Shown one piece after another: positions 6,904 to 12,119 of a stretch of 12,119 bases of DNA. The position numbers and the translations under genes are program-made. The stretch's first letter is position 1. Each line of letters begins with the position of its first letter. Source of the DNA: a bacterium (GTDB taxonomy: Bacteria; Bacteroidota; Ignavibacteria; UBA10030); assembly GCA_043803945.1 (NCBI GenBank), contig JAZDJN010000109.1, forward strand, positions 1 to 12,119, in the 5' to 3' direction. Under the pieces are notes generated by a model, which was not told where the DNA came from, did not search any database, and saw only the letters and a list, made by a program, of their open reading frames with translations.

Positions 6904-9555
6904 TCAGCGCTCAACGTACTTGACTAGCAGTGACTTATACCGCGGGTGCTCGCGGATCGGGTCCCACAGCGGATCTAGCCTCAGCGTGTGGACGCTGGAA
7001 TACGAAGGTCCAGCAACTAATCGTTCGATCTCGTCTAGCGCACCCTCAGCGTCGCCGATTTGTGCAAGAATCTGTGCGCGTTGTTCTGCGACCCAAAATC
7101 CTTCTTCGAAGAAGTCACGACGGTAGGGCTCTGATTGTTGCAGCCAGTGCGCCTCGCGACGTGCCTCCTCCTGACGGCCGAGCCCGGCTAGTGTGAGACC
7201 GCGGCCCGCATGCACGCGCCAGTCTTCCGGTAGTTCTCTCAGCATCGAATCAACGATTCCCAGCGACAATTTGAACGCCGCCATCGCGGCCGGGCGGTCA
7301 CCGCGCAACTGGTGTGCCCAGCCCACGAACAAGGAATTGGGCAGATAGGACGACTGCATAACGATCACTTTGTCGCGCGACAAGGAAAGGAAACTCAGCA
7401 GGCTGTCGGCTTGACGTTCCCAGTACAGAAGCATAGCATGACTGGATTTTTTAAATGTCGAGTTCATCGGCATGTGATCCAGCGCCACCCGCAGTGTGTC
7501 AAATTGCCCCTTCCAGGCGACATAGATCCATCCCTTCATTATGGCAATGCCATTCAAGTCCGGAGCGAGGCTCAAGGCATGATCGCACAACCGGACCGCC
7601 TCGGCGTAGCGATGCATCGCTTTGTAGGTATATGCGCCTAGGTCCCAGAACAGATCCGCGTCCCGCGGAGCTATCAGTGTGGCCTTCTCGAATGCGGCGA
7701 GGGCCTCATTCCAGTTCCCGAGCCGGCGCTGCGCATACCCGATCGCGCTCCAGAGCGTCCCATCATTGGGTAATCCCTTCAGTGCGATCGTGAACTCCTC
7801 CAACGCCTTCCGCCAGTCGCGGTGCGCATAATGCACCCGGCCCATCGCGATATGAGCCTGCGGTAGATCCGGCGCGAGCCGGAGCGTAGCTTCCGCTTCC
7901 TCACGCATGCGAGTTGCTCGCAACGGCGTGGGATCGGCACGTAAAAAGTACTTACGGCTATGCACCACTGAAAGTGCTGCGTGGGCCAATGCGAAACCCG
8001 AATCGAGTGCCAACGCCCGCTCAAACATATGTTGGGCGATATCCATGTTCTCTTTGACGTAGCCTGGGCGAGCATAGTACTCGCAGCCCTGAAGATAGAA
8101 CCGGTAAGCCTCGGCATTTGCCGTCGGGATCGATGTAATTCTCTCTTGTTCAGTGCTGGTGAGCGCTCCGCCCACCGCTGCAACGATCCGCTGTGCTACC
8201 TCACTCTGGATTGCAAAAGCGTCGTCCAGTGTACGGTCGTACCGCTCTGCCCACAGGTGCACGTCCGTGGTCGCATCGATCAACTGGACATTCACCCGCA
8301 ACCTCCCATCCACCACTTGCACGCTCCCCTCCACCACGCTTGCTACCCCCAGCTCGCTCGCGATTTGCCTCAATGGGGTCTTCATCCCTTCGTAGCTCAT
8401 TACCGAGGTGCGGCTGATTACTGTGAGTGCCGACACCTTCGACAGTTGTGTCAGTAGTTCGTCGTGCAGCCCACCGGCGAAATAAGCGTGCGGTCCCCCG
8501 GGGCTCAGGTTCTGGAATGGTAGTACAGCAATGGATTTGTTACGTACGTTAGTCTTGAGAGGTAAGAGGAAATACAATCCTACGAGAGCAAGCAGTACAA
8601 CTGTCACCGTACTCAAACCAATCTTTAAACGCTTTTTTGTGATTGTCGCCTTCGTCGCTCTTTGTAGGTCGGCTATCAATTCATCGATCTTTTGGTATCT
8701 GTCGGATACTTTCTTCTCCAGACACTTCTCAATAATCTTTTCTAGCTTCTGAGGAACATCTTTCCGTAAAGTAGTCACCGGCTGTGGTATTTCATTCAGT
8801 ATGTAGTACACAACGGCATCGTAAGACTCGCTCTTGAAGGGAAGCTGGCCAGTGATCATCTCATAGAGAACAACGCCGAGCGACCAGATATCGCTGCGTT
8901 GATCTAGTTTCTCCCCTATTGCTTGCTCGGGGGACATATATGCTATTGTTCCGGGTGTTGATCCAGTTTTCGTCAGCTTCGTTTGTCCCCTTAGACCCAC
9001 CTGGCCAACAATAGCGTGCTTCGCTGTTGCCTCAAGACCAGCGTCAGTTTGAGTCGATCGTTCATTCGTCAACCTCTTGCGTTCTGCTAACTTGGCAAGG
9101 CCGAAGTCGACAATTTTTACCTTCCCTTCTTTCGTCAGCATGATGTTTGCCGGTTTGATATCCCGATGTATCATCGCTGTCGAATGTGCTCTCTGCAGCC
9201 CCTTGGCTGTTTGGAGAGCAATATCGATTGCTTCACCAATCGGCAATGGCCCGCGTTCAATCTTCTTCTTTAAGGTCTCCCCTTCATACAAGTCCATGCA
9301 GATATACAATTGTCCATCTGAAGTTTCATCGATGTCGTGAATTGTGCAGATGTTATCGTGCTGGAGAGCTGATGCTGCTTGTGCCTCGCGTATAAAACGT
9401 TCTTTTGCTTCCGTGTCGCGGGTAAGTTCAGGAGGGAGAAATTTGAGGGCTACATAGCGTTTGAGTCTGGTGTCGTACGCTTTGTATACTACACCCATCC
9501 CGCCCGCACCGATGCGTTCCATGATTTTGTAGTGGGCTATGGTCGTTCCGATCAT
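6904..9555 (-). CDS. Hanks-type Ser/Thr protein kinase with TM helix, TolB-like 'SIAVLPF' domain and TPR repeats
   Basis: GAGGMGVVY, VALK, HRDIKPANIM, DFG, YMSPEQ, SDIWSLG. TM segment LSTVTVVLLALVGLYFLL, then KSIAVLPFQNLS, TPR-like helices and terminal DPLWDPIREHPRY. Confidence 0.95.
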   Translation of the reverse strand: MIGTTIAHYKIMERIGAGGMGVVYKAYDTRLKRYVALKFLPPELTRDTEAKERFIREAQAASALQHDNICTIHDIDETSDGQLYICMDLYEGETLKKKIERGPLPIGEAIDIALQTAKGLQRAHSTAMIHRDIKPANIMLTKEGKVKIVDFGLAKLAERKRLTNERSTQTDAGLEATAKHAIVGQVGLRGQTKLTKTGSTPGTIAYMSPEQAIGEKLDQRSDIWSLGVVLYEMITGQLPFKSESYDAVVYYILNEIPQPVTTLRKDVPQKLEKIIEKCLEKKVSDRYQKIDELIADLQRATKATITKKRLKIGLSTVTVVLLALVGLYFLLPLKTNVRNKSIAVLPFQNLSPGGPHAYFAGGLHDELLTQLSKVSALTVISRTSVMSYEGMKTPLRQIASELGVASVVEGSVQVVDGRLRVNVQLIDATTDVHLWAERYDRTLDDAFAIQSEVAQRIVAAVGGALTSTEQERITSIPTANAEAYRFYLQGCEYYARPGYVKENMDIAQHMFERALALDSGFALAHAALSVVHSRKYFLRADPTPLRATRMREEAEATLRLAPDLPQAHIAMGRVHYAHRDWRKALEEFTIALKGLPNDGTLWSAIGYAQRRLGNWNEALAAFEKATLIAPRDADLFWDLGAYTYKAMHRYAEAVRLCDHALSLAPDLNGIAIMKGWIYVAWKGQFDTLRVALDHMPMNSTFKKSSHAMLLYWERQADSLLSFLSLSRDKVIVMQSSYLPNSLFVGWAHQLRGDRPAAMAAFKLSLGIVDSMLRELPEDWRVHAGRGLTLAGLGRQEEARREAHWLQQSEPYRRDFFEEGFWVAEQRAQILAQIGDAEGALDEIERLVAGPSYSSVHTLRLDPLWDPIREHPRYKSLLVKYVER

Positions 9556-9770
9556 CCGTAATCCTTTGATTTACAATCGGAAGAAGATCTGAATCTATAT
9601 CGCAATCCGCGACAGAAGGCTCTCTTTGCGGATAGAAATGTCAATGCAAAGCTACTATAGTTATGAGACTAAGTCAAACCTTGAAGATTCTATTCGACGA
9701 TATTCAATGCTATTTCGCTCTCTTGAGAATCAGAAAATTACGATTTTCAATTTTCACCACCCGCTACTAC

Positions 9771-9826
9771 CGCAGGAGGTCGTCCCGATTCCGAATAACG
9801 AAATCGGGAAGTCTCGTCGGCCCCGC
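9771..9826 (+). repeat. tRNA-Asp 3'-half copy 2 (att-like) carrying the same 27-nt hairpin
   Basis: CGCAGGAGGTCG-TCCCGATTCCGAATAACGAAATCGGGA-AGTCTCGTCGGCCCCGC. Confidence 0.92.
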
Positions 9827-9839
9827 TTCCAAAACACAA

Positions 9840-9864
9840 AGGGTTAGCGATGTATGCTAACCCT
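9840..9864 (+). terminator. Hairpin following the tRNA 3' fragment (possible original post-tRNA terminator)
   Basis: AGGGTTAGC-gatgtat-GCTAACCCT. U-tract weak. Confidence 0.5.
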
Positions 9865-9878
9865 GATTCGTTTTGTGA

Positions 9879-9901
9879 ATCCTGACGATTTGTGTCGGGA
9901 T
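9879..9901. repeat. REP-like hairpin (TCCCGA family)
   Basis: ATCCTGAC-gatttgt-GTCGGGAT (one T.G pair). Confidence 0.6.
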
Positions 9902-9942
9902 GTGTTTTCAGAATTCCGCCGTTTTGTGGTTGGAAGAAGAAT

Positions 9943-9963
9943 AAACCCCTTTATGGGGTTTTT
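9943..9963 (+). terminator. Terminator-like hairpin
   Basis: AAACCCC-tttat-GGGGTTT followed by TT. Confidence 0.5.
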
Positions 9964-9999
9964 CATTTCTGTACTGGAAAAAGATTCATATCTCGCCTG

Positions 10000-10044
10000 T
10001 CCCGACTTTTCCCGATTCTTTCTATCGGAGGTCTTTTGTCGGGA
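10000..10044. repeat. Nested REP-like hairpins (TCCCGA family)
   Basis: Outer TCCCGAC(10000-10006)...GTCGGGA(10038-10044) encloses inner TCCCGAT(10010-10016)...ATCGGAG(10024-10030). Confidence 0.65.
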
Positions 10045-10090
10045 TCGGTCCCACAATCTTTTGCTCACCTCACAATCAATGAGGTGATTA

Positions 10091-10222
10091 ATGTTGTCCA
10101 TCTTCTATCGCTCCAACGCTATCTACTACATCTCCTATGAGGTCGATGGAGTTCGTCAATGGAAGAGCACCGGTACAACTCGAAGGACTGAAGCGATCAA
10201 TATACCTGACAAGTTTCCCACT
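10091..10222 (+). pseudogene. Probable N-terminal remnant of a tyrosine integrase (arm-binding-like region)
   Basis: GAGGTG RBS, then MLSIFYRSNAIYYISYEVDGVRQWKSTGTTRRTEAI, which resembles integrase N-termini (YYxxYxxxGxRxxxSTGTxxxxEA). It sits next to a tRNA-derived att. The frame then runs antisense into the next gene with no catalytic domain. End coordinate approximate. Confidence 0.55.
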
Positions 10223-10258
10223 GTTGTGCCAATAGTAAGTATTTTATTCCTTCATTTC

Positions 10259-12119
10259 TCACTTCAACAGCAACAGCTTACGCGTCTGCTGAAATTGACC
10301 CGCAACCAGGCGATAGAAATACATTCCACTCGGAAGATCGGTCGCACGAAATGTGACCGTATACACTCCTGCAGGTCGCTGCTCGTTGACGAGCTCAGCG
10401 ACTTGCTGACCCAGTGAATTAAAGACGCGAAGGTTCACAAATTCCTCTGCAGGGAGTTCGTACACAATCTGCGTCGTCGGATTGAACGGATTGGGATAAT
10501 TCTGTTCCAGTTGGAACTGTTGCGGTAAAGTGCTGCCCGTTTTATCTCCACCGACCGATGCAGGAATAGATCCGCACCCCCACTTGGCAATATACTTTGC
10601 ACTCACTCCTCCGGCTGTAGTAAATATTCCCGCTGCATAGAGATCCTGCCCGATTACCGCAAGACGCCAGACGCCATCATTCATCCCGGCTCCGAGCGGC
10701 GACCAGGATGTACCATTCCATTTAGCAACACTATTTGCGCTCACACCTTCAGCAGTCGTAAAGCTTCCGGATGCATAAAGATCCGTTCCCATCGCGGCAA
10801 AGCCTTCTACACTATTATTCATCCCGTTAGTGCTGCCAGTTCCGAATGAGGACCAGGTCGAGCCATTCCATTTAGCAATAAAATTCGCATTATTTCCATC
10901 GGCTGTAGTAAATCTTCCGCCGGCATAGAGAGTTCCAGCCATCATCTCAAGACCAGTTCCTCCGATAAAGAAGTTCATTCCTGATCCAAGCTGAGACCAG
11001 GTTGTGCCATTCCATTTAGCAATACGATTTGCAGGCACCACTCCAGCAAGTGTGAATTGTCCTCCAGCATAGAGGGATGATCCATCAACCAAGAACGATG
11101 ATACGTAATCGTTCATTACGCTGAACGGCGACCAATTTACGCCATCCCATTTAGCTATAAGATTTCCAGGGCCTCCCAATGCCGGTGTCAAAATATATGA
11201 TGTGGCATAGAGAGTATTTCCCATTGCTGCAAGAGCATTAATAGCACCAGCCGCAGAAAGTCCGCTTCCGAGCGCTGACCAGTTTGTGCCATCCCATTTA
11301 GCAATATTTAGTGCAGGGATACCTCCAGCAGAAGTAAACCAGCCGCCGGCATAAAGATCAGTTCCAATTACAGCAAGTGCTGATACCATTCCATTAATAC
11401 CATTTACACCGTTACCACTGCTAATAAGTGGCGACCAATTAGAACCGTTCCATTTTGCGATATGATTTGCTGTAGTGCCTCCGGTAGTTGTAAAGTTTCC
11501 GCCCACATACAGATCCGATCCTATAACCGCAAGAGCCCACACCTCACCATTCGTTCCATTATTTATTCCGGTTCCGAGCGGTGACCATGCTTTCGTTCCA
11601 TTTGTACACGGATCGAGTTTGTTTCCGAAATAGAGAGTATCGATGTTCTGACCTGCTGCAAGCAATACTGTGTAGGTGCCCGGAGCAATTGGGAGCGTTT
11701 GCACCCATCCGTTTTGGTTTGTCTCTGAAACCGTATACGTCCCAGCCTTCAAGTTGTTGAAACAATACTTGCCTTCTTTGTCTGTTTTCACAGGTGGAAA
11801 TGATGTTCCATTCAAGTTGATCTGCCAGTTCGGTAATCCCGGTTCACCACGATCCATGATACCATTGCCATTCAAGTCGTTGAACTTCACGCCGCAAATA
11901 GAACCGAGCGTGGGCGTTGCACATGTTATCGTTATTGCATCAAGAAAATTTCCGCCAGCTTCCGTACCACCTACGGGGAGAGAAATAAATCGTAACTCAT
12001 ACGCCGTAACACTATTATTAGGAAATGTGTAAGTGACACTATCCTTTTTCCAGACTGTCGTACTTGTGTATGTTCCTAAAATACTGTCTACACCATTAGC
12101 AGGTCTAATGGCTACACTC
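10259..12119 (-). CDS. Large secreted protein with SdrD-B-like domain, beta-propeller repeats and T9SS type A C-terminal sorting domain; 5' end lies beyond the window
   Basis: The frame is open upstream of 11890 to the edge (...[47 protein letters not shown]). [23 protein letters not shown] is SdrD-B-like. About seven ~50-aa repeats of W-s-LG-G-NG-V-ALA-xG-DLYAGG-FT-AGG-xA-xIAKWxG. The CTD is [15 protein letters not shown]...SGMYFYRL...RKLLLLK. Confidence 0.9.
   Translation of the reverse strand, partial: SVAIRPANGVDSILGTYTSTTVWKKDSVTYTFPNNSVTAYELRFISLPVGGTEAGGNFLDAITITCATPTLGSICGVKFNDLNGNGIMDRGEPGLPNWQINLNGTSFPPVKTDKEGKYCFNNLKAGTYTVSETNQNGWVQTLPIAPGTYTVLLAAGQNIDTLYFGNKLDPCTNGTKAWSPLGTGINNGTNGEVWALAVIGSDLYVGGNFTTTGGTTANHIAKWNGSNWSPLISSGNGVNGINGMVSALAVIGTDLYAGGWFTSAGGIPALNIAKWDGTNWSALGSGLSAAGAINALAAMGNTLYATSYILTPALGGPGNLIAKWDGVNWSPFSVMNDYVSSFLVDGSSLYAGGQFTLAGVVPANRIAKWNGTTWSQLGSGMNFFIGGTGLEMMAGTLYAGGRFTTADGNNANFIAKWNGSTWSSFGTGSTNGMNNSVEGFAAMGTDLYASGSFTTAEGVSANSVAKWNGTSWSPLGAGMNDGVWRLAVIGQDLYAAGIFTTAGGVSAKYIAKWGCGSIPASVGGDKTGSTLPQQFQLEQNYPNPFNPTTQIVYELPAEEFVNLRVFNSLGQQVAELVNEQRPAGVYTVTFRATDLPSGMYFYRLVAGQFQQTRKLLLLK

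Larger units (their letters stand above)
3500..9826. mobile_element. Putative ~6.3-kb genomic island bounded by direct repeats derived from the tRNA-Asp 3' half
   Basis: 3500-3552 and 9771-9823 are identical over 53 bp. The cargo is accessory signalling genes, and an integrase-like remnant lies just outside the right repeat. No intact integrase is seen inside. Confidence 0.6.

Noticed and set aside
5358-9561. Numerous plus-strand and alternative-frame ORFs
   Set aside because: They are antisense or shadow frames of the activator and kinase genes.
3499-9826. CRISPR-like interpretation of the palindromic repeats
   Set aside because: Only two exact copies, 6.3 kb apart, with no regular spacers and no cas genes.
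9626-10140. Several 65-85 aa ORFs
   Set aside because: They read through the tRNA fragment and hairpin cluster with no coding signature.
11888-11890. GTG start given by the ORF track for the secreted protein
   Set aside because: The frame is open to the window edge and there is no signal peptide at this position, so the true start is outside the window.

Overview
Probably an FCB-group (Ignavibacteria/Bacteroidota-like) locus, judged from a T9SS-type C-terminal sorting domain. The left part looks like ordinary chromosome: the 5' part of a tricorn/S41 protease gene, a broken small membrane-protein ORF and a cold-shock gene. It is followed by a tRNA-Asp(GTC) integration hotspot. The intact tRNA is flanked by a 5'-half copy upstream and a 3'-half copy downstream, both breaking at the anticodon. 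A small GIY-YIG nuclease gene lies between the tRNA and the 3' copy. Each tRNA fragment is interrupted by a short hairpin with GC-rich arms, and more hairpins of a TCCCGA...TCGGGA family (one nested) cluster only around these junctions. A second 3'-half copy (53 bp identical) at 9771-9826 delimits a ~6.3-kb island. The island carries a Ser/Thr kinase-TPR gene, a GAF sigma54 activator and a lipoprotein gene with a sigma54-type promoter and a palindromic site upstream. An apparent integrase N-terminal remnant and the 3' part of a large T9SS-secreted beta-propeller protein end the window.
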